Source: Gammaproteobacteria bacterium SG8_30
GTDB taxonomy: Bacteria > Pseudomonadota > Gammaproteobacteria > Steroidobacterales > Steroidobacteraceae
Assembly (NCBI GenBank): GCA_001303245.1
Contig: LJNS01000001.1
Location: 40,822-104,821 of the forward strand
Length of the DNA: 64,000 nucleotides
Direction of reading: 5' to 3'
The notes beneath the pieces were generated by a model, which was given only the letters and a program-made list of their open reading frames with translations, made no database searches and had not been told where the DNA came from. Each line of letters starts with the position of its first letter. The first letter of the stretch is position 1. Of the stretch, positions 56,122 to 64,000 are shown in pieces. The position numbers were made by a program, and so were the translations under genes.

Positions 56122-57389
56122 AGTCCTCGATACTGACCGCGACCGCGGAGCCGCGGCGCATCCACCCCGGACCGATCCAGGCACTCGGCCGCAAGGCAAT
56201 GCTGGCGCTGCTTGCCGAGCTGCCCGAGGGAGAGCTCGTGATCGTCGAGGACGGCGCGAGCATGCGCTTCGGCCGCCGCAGCGATGGCTGCGATCTCGGC
56301 GCCAGGATCACGGTTCGCCGGCCACAATTCTGGGCGGATGCCGCCTTCGGTGGCACCGTCGGCGCCGGCGAGTCCTACATGCGTGGCGACTGGGACTGCG
56401 ACGACCTGACCGCGCTCGTGCGCATCATGGTCGTCAATCGCGAGCTGATGAACAGGATGGACTCGCGCCTCGCGATCATCAGCGCACCGCTGCGGCGCAT
56501 GCTGCACTGGCTGAACCGCAACAGCCCCGAGGGCAGCCGGCGCAACATCGCCGCGCACTACGACCTCGGCAACGACCTGTTCCGCCTGTTCCTGGACGAG
56601 ACGATGGCCTACTCCTGCGGCATCTTCGAGACGCCGCAGTCGACCTTGCACGAGGCCTCGCTCGCGAAGTTCGACGCGGTGTGCCGCAAGCTCGACCTGC
56701 GTCCCGGCGAGCGCCTGGTCGAGATCGGCACCGGCTGGGGCGGCCTCGCCCTCCACGCGGCGAGGCACTACGGCGTCCATGTCACGACCACCACGATCTC
56801 GCGCGAGCAGCACGACTACGCCGCGGAGCTGGTCGCGCGGGAGGGCCTGTCCGGCAGAATCACCCTGCTGCTGGAGGACTACCGCGACCTCCGGGGAGCC
56901 TACGACAAGCTGGTGTCGATCGAGATGATCGAGGCGGTCGGCCACCGCTACCTGGACACGTATCTCGCGAAGGTGTCGTCACTGCTGGCACCCCACGGCG
57001 CGGCTCTGATCCAGGCCATCACGCTTCAGGACCAGTTCTACGAGCAGGCACTGAAGTCCGTCGACTTCATCCAGCGCTTCATCTTCCCCGGCAGTTTCAT
57101 CCCCTCCGTCGCGGTGATTGTCGCCTCGATGCGCCGCTCGACCGACATGAAGCTCTTCCACCTCGAGGACATCGGTCCGCACTACGCGACGACGCTGCGC
57201 GCCTGGCGGCAGCGTTTCATGGCCAGGCTGGACGAAGTCCGCGAGCTCGGCTACCCGGAGGAGTTCGCCCGCATGTGGGAGTTCTACCTCTGCTACTGCG
57301 AGGGGGGCTTCCTGGAACGGCAGCTCGGCGACGTGCACATGCTGCTGACCAAGCCCCGCTGCCGGCGTCCCTCCATCGCCACCGTATAG
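56118..57389 (+). CDS. cyclopropane-fatty-acyl-phospholipid synthase family SAM-dependent methyltransferase
   Basis: ATGA overlap with the DUF1365 gene. HYDLGNDLFRLFLD, VEIGTGWGGLALHAA (SAM motif), SIEMIEAVG, EFYLCYCEGGF. Confidence 0.88.
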   Translation: MKSSILTATAEPRRIHPGPIQALGRKAMLALLAELPEGELVIVEDGASMRFGRRSDGCDLGARITVRRPQFWADAAFGGTVGAGESYMRGDWDCDDLTALVRIMVVNRELMNRMDSRLAIISAPLRRMLHWLNRNSPEGSRRNIAAHYDLGNDLFRLFLDETMAYSCGIFETPQSTLHEASLAKFDAVCRKLDLRPGERLVEIGTGWGGLALHAARHYGVHVTTTTISREQHDYAAELVAREGLSGRITLLLEDYRDLRGAYDKLVSIEMIEAVGHRYLDTYLAKVSSLLAPHGAALIQAITLQDQFYEQALKSVDFIQRFIFPGSFIPSVAVIVASMRRSTDMKLFHLEDIGPHYATTLRAWRQRFMARLDEVRELGYPEEFARMWEFYLCYCEGGFLERQLGDVHMLLTKPRCRRPSIATV

Positions 57390-57416
57390 CGGCCTCTCTG
57401 CCGTCTGCCGCGAGTG

Positions 57417-58490
57417 TCAGGCGGCCCCACCCTCCACCGGCCCGCCCTCGGCGCGCCAGCGCAACATGCCGCCGGCCAGGTTCGCGACGTCCCTGAAACC
57501 GGCCTTCTGCAGCATCACGACGGCCTGCGCAGAGCGGGCGCCGGCCCGGCAGACTGTGACGAGGGGCCGCTTCGGGTCGATGTCCTGCGCTCGTGCCTTG
57601 AGCTCACCGAGCGGCACGAGCCGGGCGCCGCGGATGTGGCCCAGCGGGCCGGCGAACTCGTCGGCCTCGCGGACGTCGATCACCTGCACTTCGTTCAGGT
57701 GTTCCTCGAGGGCGTGGGGCTGGATCTCCCAGATGCCGCCGAAGGTGAAGTTCAGGGGTGCCCAGCCGGGCTCCTGCTCGATCGGCCCTCCCGCCTCGGG
57801 CTTGCCGCAACGCAGGTTGGCCGGCACGGCCACGTCGATCTGCTTCGGGTGAGGCAGCCCCAGATTGTTCATGTAGCCTGCGAAGTCCTCGACCGCGACG
57901 TCGCCGCCGAGCCGCGGGTTGAAGCGCCGCTCCTCGTCCACCGTCGTCGCCATCAGTCCACGGTAATCGTGCGCAGGGTAGAGACGGCAGTTGGCCGGCA
58001 GGGTGAAGATCTGCTCCCTTACGGACCGATACAGCACGGCCGGATCCCCCTGCTGGAAATCCGTGCGGCCGCAGCCGCGGATGAGCAACGCGTCTCCCGT
58101 GAAGGCCATCGACTGGTCGTCGAGCACGTAGGTGACGCAGCCATCGGTGTGGCCGGGCGTACACCGCACCTCTACGTAGCGCTTGCCGAAGTCGACCCGG
58201 TCGCCGTCGCCGAGCAGGCGATCGGCCCCCGAGGCGCCGCCGCGCTCCGCCAGAGCGATGCAGCTGCCCTCGCGTTGCTTGAGGAGCCAGCCTCCGGTGA
58301 CGTGATCAGCGTGTACGTGAGTCTCGAGCGTCCACGCGAGGCGCAGGCCGAGTTCGTGGACGAGGGCCGCATCGCGGCGGGCCTGCTCGAAGACCGGGTC
58401 GATCAGCACCGCCTCGCCGGCCACGCTGTCGCCGAGGAGGTAGGTGTAGGTCGAGGACTGGGCGTCGAAAAGCTGCCTGAAGACGAGCAT
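57417..58490 (-). CDS. persulfide dioxygenase (ETHE1-type MBL) fused to a rhodanese domain
   Basis: [19 protein letters not shown].., [34 protein letters not shown]-terminal rhodanese with active-site loop CRAGARS. Confidence 0.88.
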   Translation of the reverse strand: MLVFRQLFDAQSSTYTYLLGDSVAGEAVLIDPVFEQARRDAALVHELGLRLAWTLETHVHADHVTGGWLLKQREGSCIALAERGGASGADRLLGDGDRVDFGKRYVEVRCTPGHTDGCVTYVLDDQSMAFTGDALLIRGCGRTDFQQGDPAVLYRSVREQIFTLPANCRLYPAHDYRGLMATTVDEERRFNPRLGGDVAVEDFAGYMNNLGLPHPKQIDVAVPANLRCGKPEAGGPIEQEPGWAPLNFTFGGIWEIQPHALEEHLNEVQVIDVREADEFAGPLGHIRGARLVPLGELKARAQDIDPKRPLVTVCRAGARSAQAVVMLQKAGFRDVANLAGGMLRWRAEGGPVEGGAA

Positions 58491-58563
58491 GACCCTCTCC
58501 CCACGCGCGAAATCCAGGTGGTCGATGATAGTGACGCCGCGTTGCAGCTGCCACCCGTGATGG

Positions 58564-59217
58564 TCAGCCGGACGTCGTCCTGCCGCGGTCCTTGAGCTCG
58601 GTGACCCGGTCCGAGGTCGTCAGCAGGACGAGGTCGTCGCCCTCCTCGAGCTGGAGGTCATCATCCGGCCACAGCAGCTTGCCGTCGCGGTAGCCGTACA
58701 GCACGCGCGTTTCACCCGGCAGTTCGAATCCGGACACGGGTCCGGCCTCCTCCGCCGTCACCGCGATGACGAAGAACCGCACGTCGCCCCGCAGCACCGT
58801 CGAAAGCTCGACCACGCCACGGCCCTCGACCATGTCCAGGAGCCGTCGCGCGGTGACCTGCGTGGCGCTGATGGTGTTGTCGAGCTTCAACTCGGCGCAG
58901 ATGTGCTCGAACTCGGCGTCCGAGATCTTGGTCACGACCTCGCCGAAGCCGAGGGATCTCCCGACCAGGCCCGAGATGATGTTGTCCTGGTCGTCGTTCG
59001 ACAGGCAGAGCAGCATGTCGGTGTCCTCGGGACCGGCCTCCTTCAGGATCCTCGGGCGACTGCCGTCGCCGTGCAGGAAGCCGCAGTCGAGCTCCTCCGA
59101 CAGCTCGTCGATCCGCGCCTTGTCCTTCTCGATGATGACGACGTCGTGCTTGTGCTCGATCAACAGGCGCGCGGTAGACACGCCGGCTGACGACGCTCCG
59201 ACGATTGCGATCCTCAT
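58564..59217 (-). CDS. trkA: Trk/Ktr potassium-uptake regulatory subunit (TrkA-N + TrkA-C)
   Basis: Track ORF 58564..60561 trimmed to [19 protein letters not shown] (Rossmann). 217 aa. ATGA overlap with the trkH stop. Confidence 0.85.
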   Translation of the reverse strand: MRIAIVGASSAGVSTARLLIEHKHDVVIIEKDKARIDELSEELDCGFLHGDGSRPRILKEAGPEDTDMLLCLSNDDQDNIISGLVGRSLGFGEVVTKISDAEFEHICAELKLDNTISATQVTARRLLDMVEGRGVVELSTVLRGDVRFFVIAVTAEEAGPVSGFELPGETRVLYGYRDGKLLWPDDDLQLEEGDDLVLLTTSDRVTELKDRGRTTSG

Positions 59218-60695
59218 GACGTTTTCGCCCTCCTTCCGGCCCAGGTCCTCGGATGCAGCAGCACGAGCACCGCGAGGATCTCCAGGCGTCCCATCCACAT
59301 GTCGGTGCACAGAACCAGCTTGAGCAGGGGCTCGAGCGCCGGCCCGGACAATCCCGTCGACAGGCCGACCGTGCCCGTGGCCGACACCACCTCGAACAGT
59401 GAGTCCAGGGGGTCGTGGCCGTACGCCACGAAGGCCGCCCAAGACAGGAGCACCACGCCGCAAAAGACACCGACCACGCCGAGTGCCTGTCGGAGATAGG
59501 CATCGTCCTGCCCGCGCTCGCCGAGCCCGGGCCTCACGACGGCGTGAGGCGGAAGCGCGGGCCGGAGCACGGCGACCTGTAGCAGTCGCAGCATGAGCAG
59601 GAGCCTCAGCACCTTGATTCCCCCCGCCGTGGAGCCCTGTCCCCCTCCAACGAACATGGACACGATCAGAACGAGCTTGGAGGATGCATCGAGCGACGCG
59701 ACATCGACCGGCGTAAAGCCGGCCGTCGATTGCGCCGACACCGCGAGCAAGGGCCCGGCGGCGACGGCCTGCCACCATGTCACGCCGCCCGCGAGGACCT
59801 GCGAGGCGACCAGCAGGACCGTCACCAGCAGGCACATCGTCAGCAGGCCTCGGGTCTCGGGATCGAAGAACGCACGCCATCGCTCGCGGGGTGCCATGCC
59901 ACGTGCCGTCAGCGCCCGGTAGCGCGCGAAGGGGACCGCCCCGGCGAGCGACAGCAGGATCAACGAAGCCTGCAACGGCCAGGAGCCGAGGCCTGCGAGA
60001 CTGCCATCGCGGGGTGAGAAGCCGCCCGTTGAAACGCCGGACAGCGCGCAGACCAGGGCCTCGAAGCCGCCGGCACCGAGCGCCAGCAATACGCAGAACC
60101 CGACGGCCGTGAGCACCGCGTAGATCCTGAGCGCCCAGCGAGCGCGGGTCCAGGTGCCGGAGGCCAGGTCGGCCTCGTCCTGCTCCGTGCCGGACAACCG
60201 GCGCGCGGAGGTACCCGGGCCCATCAGCAGCACCGCCAGCACCACCACGACGAGCCCGCCGTACCACTGCATCCAGGCCTGCGTGAACAGGAATGCCGGC
60301 GAGCGCCCGTCGAGGTGCTCCAGGGTGGACAGGCCCGTCGTCGTGATGGCCGAGACGGAGTGGAAGAACGCGTCGAGCAGGGGAAGCTGCCCGTCCCGCA
60401 TCGGCCAGCTCATGAGACCGGCCGTGAGCAGGTAGGCCACCGCCACGACGACGAGCGCCTCGTTCGGCTGCACCCGCGCCGGGGCGGACACCCTTCTCGA
60501 ACCCAGGCCGATCGACCCGAGCAGCAGCGCGGCAAGCGCCGCGGACGATGCGAAGACCCACTGCCTCGCCAGCAGCGCGAAGACCGCGGGTACGGCGGCA
60601 ATGCCGACGAAGGCCGTTGCGAGATCCGCGTGATAGCGGACGAGCGCGCCACCGCGCACGGCGTAGGCGAGGGACTCGGCGGAGCGATCTGCCAT
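59214..60695 (-). CDS. trkH: TrkH/KtrB family potassium transporter
   Basis: Multi-TM protein with repeated selectivity-filter-like motifs (SAITTTGLS, SGVSTGGFS, SAQSTAGFT, SATGTVGLS). Start chosen at MADRSAESL; the track start at 60785 is possible. Confidence 0.85.
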   Translation of the reverse strand: MADRSAESLAYAVRGGALVRYHADLATAFVGIAAVPAVFALLARQWVFASSAALAALLLGSIGLGSRRVSAPARVQPNEALVVVAVAYLLTAGLMSWPMRDGQLPLLDAFFHSVSAITTTGLSTLEHLDGRSPAFLFTQAWMQWYGGLVVVVLAVLLMGPGTSARRLSGTEQDEADLASGTWTRARWALRIYAVLTAVGFCVLLALGAGGFEALVCALSGVSTGGFSPRDGSLAGLGSWPLQASLILLSLAGAVPFARYRALTARGMAPRERWRAFFDPETRGLLTMCLLVTVLLVASQVLAGGVTWWQAVAAGPLLAVSAQSTAGFTPVDVASLDASSKLVLIVSMFVGGGQGSTAGGIKVLRLLLMLRLLQVAVLRPALPPHAVVRPGLGERGQDDAYLRQALGVVGVFCGVVLLSWAAFVAYGHDPLDSLFEVVSATGTVGLSTGLSGPALEPLLKLVLCTDMWMGRLEILAVLVLLHPRTWAGRRAKTS

Positions 60696-60849
60696 GGCCA
60701 CCCCGAGCAGCTGCCCGGCAACCGGTTCATGACCCGCGCGGGCGACCGACGGGTCGGTGGCAGTGGACCACGCGCGCCCGGCCACGACAATGCGTAGCGG
60801 TCCCAGCCTTGGTAACCTGCCGCGTTCTCGGGCAACTCGGGAGTGTGCG

Positions 60850-62589
60850 ATGGCCGCCGACCTCGACGGGCTGAATCACGGCTTCACCAGCCAGTACCTC
60901 TCCCACGAGCGCCTCACCGCGCAGCTGCAGGCCTGGGCGAGTGCCTTCCCCGACCTGGTGCGCCTGCGCTCACTGGGCAGGACGCGCGAGGGGCGGGACA
61001 TCTGGCTGCTGGTCGTGGGGGTCGAGCCCGAACGCACCCGTCCCGCCGTGTGGGTGGACGGGAACATGCATGCGGCGGAGGTCTCGGGGTCGAGCGTCGC
61101 CCTCGCGATAGCGGAAACGGCCATCCGCATTCACCTCGCGCCCGAGTCGCTGCCGGGGAGCCTGGACCTGACCCCCGCGCTGCTAGAACGGCTACGCGAA
61201 GTGCTCTTCTACGTGCTGCCGCGGATGTCACCGGACGGGGCCGAGCGGGTACTGACGACCGGACGCTTCCTGCGTTCCATCCCCACGACCGGGATCCCGC
61301 ACCGCGAGCGGGCCTACTGGCGTGTCGAGGACGTGGACGGTGACGGCCTGTCGCTGCGCATGCGCAAGGCTGACCCGGCCGGGGAGTACGTGGAGAGCCG
61401 CGACTTCCCCGGCCGCATGCTGCTGCGCGAGCTCGAGGACGAGGGTCCCTTCTACAAGCTCTACCCGGAAGGCGTCATCGAGAATTTCGACGGCGAGACG
61501 GTCCCGACGCCGCACTTCCTCGACGACAATCCGACCGACCTCAATCGGAACTTCCCCTATAGCTGGATGCCGCCGCACGAGCAGGACGGCGCGGGCGACT
61601 TTCCGCTGCACGAGGCGGAGTCGCGCTCGGTGGTCGAGTTCACGACGGGCGCGCCCCACATCTTCGCCTGGCTCAACCTCCACACGTTCGGAGGCGTCTT
61701 CATCCGCCCCCTGGGCCACAAGCCCGATACCGAGATGGACCAGTCCGACCTCGCCGTGTTCCGACAACTCGAGGCCTGGGGACAGCGCTACACCGGCTAC
61801 CCGACGGTGAGCGGCTTCGAGGAGTTCACGTACCTGCCGAACCGTCCGATCTTTGGCGACCTCATCGACTACGCCTATCACCAGCGCGGCTGCATCGCCT
61901 ACGTCTGCGAGCTGTGGGACCTGTTCGAGCAGGCGGGTCTGCCGAAGCAGAAGCGCTTCGTCGATCGCTACTCGCGACTCGACCGCGGGGACGTGGAGAA
62001 GATCTACCGCTGGGACGCCGAGCACAACGAGGGTCGGTTGGCGGGACGCTGGCGCAGCTTCTCCCATCCCCAGCTCGGGGCAGTCGAAGTCGGCGGGCCC
62101 GACACCCGCATCGGCATCTGGAACCCGCCGCCCGGCCGGCTCGGGCAGGTTTGCGAAGGCCAGGCCGCCGCCTTCCTGCGCGTCGCCGCCATGGCGCCCC
62201 GGCTCGAGATCCAGGTGCGGGTGGAGCACCTCGCGGGTGACCTCCACCGTCTGCATTGCGAGGTCGTGAACACGGGCTACCTGCCGACCTGCATCCTCGA
62301 ATCCGCACGCAGGCTGGACTGGAACGAGCCCGTGACAGCATCGCTGGAACTCTACAAGGCTTGCATCGAGGGCGGTGCGCGGCCGCGCATGCGCCTCGGT
62401 CACCTCGAGGGCTGGGGGCAGGGCCGCCACGGCGGTGGGGCGGGACCTCACTTCCAGGGCAGTCGCGGCAGCGGAAGCCGGGCGTCGGTTTCCTGGGTGG
62501 TTCGCGGCGAGGGCACGGCCCGGTTGCGCATCGGCTCACCGCGCTGCGGCTGGCAGGAGCACGAGATCAAACTGGCGCACCGGCGCTAA
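60850..62589 (+). CDS. M14 family zinc carboxypeptidase-like protein
   Basis: Trimmed to MAADLDGLNHGFTSQYLSHE.. SLGRTREGRDIWLL, VWVDGNMHAAE (HxxE zinc motif), NLHTFGG. Confidence 0.8.
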   Translation: MAADLDGLNHGFTSQYLSHERLTAQLQAWASAFPDLVRLRSLGRTREGRDIWLLVVGVEPERTRPAVWVDGNMHAAEVSGSSVALAIAETAIRIHLAPESLPGSLDLTPALLERLREVLFYVLPRMSPDGAERVLTTGRFLRSIPTTGIPHRERAYWRVEDVDGDGLSLRMRKADPAGEYVESRDFPGRMLLRELEDEGPFYKLYPEGVIENFDGETVPTPHFLDDNPTDLNRNFPYSWMPPHEQDGAGDFPLHEAESRSVVEFTTGAPHIFAWLNLHTFGGVFIRPLGHKPDTEMDQSDLAVFRQLEAWGQRYTGYPTVSGFEEFTYLPNRPIFGDLIDYAYHQRGCIAYVCELWDLFEQAGLPKQKRFVDRYSRLDRGDVEKIYRWDAEHNEGRLAGRWRSFSHPQLGAVEVGGPDTRIGIWNPPPGRLGQVCEGQAAAFLRVAAMAPRLEIQVRVEHLAGDLHRLHCEVVNTGYLPTCILESARRLDWNEPVTASLELYKACIEGGARPRMRLGHLEGWGQGRHGGGAGPHFQGSRGSGSRASVSWVVRGEGTARLRIGSPRCGWQEHEIKLAHRR

Positions 62590-62598
62590 CATCGCCGC

Positions 62599-64000
62599 AT
62601 GGACTCCGACACAAACGCGCGGCTTAAGCGGACGGCAGCCCGGCTTCGCGAGCTGCTCGGGCCCGGTGGCTATCTCGACCAGCCTGCCGACGTCGAGCCG
62701 TTCGTGGTCGACCACCGCAGGCTCTATCGAGGTGCGACGGCGCTCGTCGCCCTGCCAGACTCGACCTCCCAGGTCGCCGAGCTGGTGCGGCTCTGCGCCG
62801 CTGAACGGGTTCCCATCGTGCCACACGGCGGGAACACGAGTTATTGCGGCGGCGCGACACCGCGGGAGTCCGGCGAGGAGATCCTGGTGTCACTGCGCCG
62901 AATGAATCGTGTACGCGAGACCGATCCCTTCAACGACTCCATCACCGTCGAGGCCGGCTGCATCCTGGCCGACGTGCAGGCGGCGGCCGACGAGGCCGGA
63001 CGCCTCTTCCCAATGTCGCTCGGCTCCGAGGGCTCGTGCACCATCGGCGGCAATCTCTCGACCAACGCCGGCGGCACGGCGGTCCTGCGCTACGGCATGA
63101 TGCGCGACCTGTTGCTCGGGCTCGAGGTCGTGCTGCCCGACGGCAGCGTGCTCGACCAGCTGCGCGGTCTGCGCAAGGACAATACCGGCTACGATGTGAA
63201 GCAGTTGTTCGTCGGCGCCGAGGGGACGCTGGGCATCATCACCGCGGCCTGCCTCAGGCTCTATCCGAAGCCGGGCGGCTACACCACGGCAGTCGTGGCG
63301 CTGGACTCGCCGCGCGCGGCCGTCGACCTGCTGGCCGGTCTGCGGACGGCGCTCGGCGACAGCATCACCACCTTCGAGCTCGTGCCGCGCATCGCGCTGG
63401 AGCTCGTGTGCCGGCACATCGAAGGCGCCAGCGACCCCTTCGACAGCCCGCACCCCTGGTATGTGCTCGTCGAGGTGACGCTGCCGCAGTCCGACTCGGA
63501 CCTCGCACAGCGCGCGGAGTCCGCGCTCGCCGCCTCCATCGAGTCCGGACGGGCGAGCGACGCGGTCATCGCCGCGTCGCTCGCGCAGCGGTCCGCCCTG
63601 TGGCAGCTGCGCGAGAGCATCCCGGAGGCCCAGACCCGAGAGGGAGCCAGCATCAAGCACGACATCTCGATCGAGGCGCGCCGCCTGCCGGACTTCATCG
63701 ACGAGTGCGCCCCGCTGCTCACGCGGCTCGTGCCCGGCGCGCGGCTCGTGGCCTACGGCCACCTCGGCGACGGCAACCTGCACTTCAACCTGAGCGGGCC
63801 GGAGTGCGCGAACGGCCATGCCTTCCTGGAGCGCAGCCCCGAGGTGAAGCGCCTCGTGCACGACCTCGTCGCGCGCTATCGCGGCAGCTTCAGCGCCGAG
63901 CACGGCATCGGACGGCTGAAGGTCGACGAGCTTTCGCGCTACGAGGATCCGGCGGCGCTGGAGCTGATGCGGCGCATCAAGCGCGTCATCGACCCGCTCG
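62599..64000 (+). CDS. FAD-binding oxidoreductase (GlcD/D-2-hydroxyacid dehydrogenase family); 3' end beyond the window
   Basis: My own translation from ATG 62599 gives MDSDTNARLKRTAARLRELLGPGGYL.., VPHGGNTSYCGG, GGNLSTNAGG, KDNTGYDVKQLFVGAEGTLGIIT. It is open to position 64000, so it is absent from the track. Confidence 0.85.
   Translation, partial: MDSDTNARLKRTAARLRELLGPGGYLDQPADVEPFVVDHRRLYRGATALVALPDSTSQVAELVRLCAAERVPIVPHGGNTSYCGGATPRESGEEILVSLRRMNRVRETDPFNDSITVEAGCILADVQAAADEAGRLFPMSLGSEGSCTIGGNLSTNAGGTAVLRYGMMRDLLLGLEVVLPDGSVLDQLRGLRKDNTGYDVKQLFVGAEGTLGIITAACLRLYPKPGGYTTAVVALDSPRAAVDLLAGLRTALGDSITTFELVPRIALELVCRHIEGASDPFDSPHPWYVLVEVTLPQSDSDLAQRAESALAASIESGRASDAVIAASLAQRSALWQLRESIPEAQTREGASIKHDISIEARRLPDFIDECAPLLTRLVPGARLVAYGHLGDGNLHFNLSGPECANGHAFLERSPEVKRLVHDLVARYRGSFSAEHGIGRLKVDELSRYEDPAALELMRRIKRVIDPL

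Overview
High-GC chromosomal segment, probably from a proteobacterium, with strong GC3 bias; this bias explains the many long Arg/Ala/Gly-rich shadow ORFs in the track. I support about 58 protein genes. I recognised no rRNA, tRNA, CRISPR array, transposase, integrase or phage gene, and no defence system. Gene blocks in order: (1) SDR, TonB-dependent receptor and Rieske oxygenase catabolic genes, plus an LTA-synthase-like membrane enzyme. (2) ModF-like ABC ATPase, MBL hydrolase, GATase and a SulP/STAS transporter, next to a molybdopterin operon (moaA, moaC, moaD and a MoaE-MoeB-rhodanese fusion). (3) proBA and a long acyl-CoA dehydrogenase. (4) A low-oxygen block: tandem USP, ccoNOQP, a small membrane ORF, ccoGHIS with a TauE/DsbD_2-like gene, a DksA/TraR protein, a short class II RNR, an acidic small protein, heme-PAS fixL and fixJ, and an orphan receiver with Glu at the phospho-acceptor site. 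(5) A VIT1 transporter and cbpA-cbpM-CHAD, then trxC. (6) A minus-strand unit of wHTH regulator, DUF2892, RND adaptor, RND pump and type I sulfide:quinone oxidoreductase. (7) icd with a near-consensus promoter and a palindromic operator, then htpX with a sigma32-like promoter. (8) A light/photo-oxidative block: an FeS (6-4) photolyase, a CPD photolyase, an acyl desaturase, an FAD oxidoreductase, DUF1365 and a CFA-synthase-like methylase. (9) A persulfide dioxygenase-rhodanese fusion, trkAH, an M14 peptidase and a GlcD-like FAD oxidoreductase. No clear-cut novel system was found. The items most worth follow-up are the Glu-substituted pseudo-receiver after fixLJ, the RND-sqr operon, the photolyase/furan-fatty-acid-like cluster and the MoaE-MoeB-rhodanese fusion. 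All calls rest on motif recognition by eye; no database search was run.
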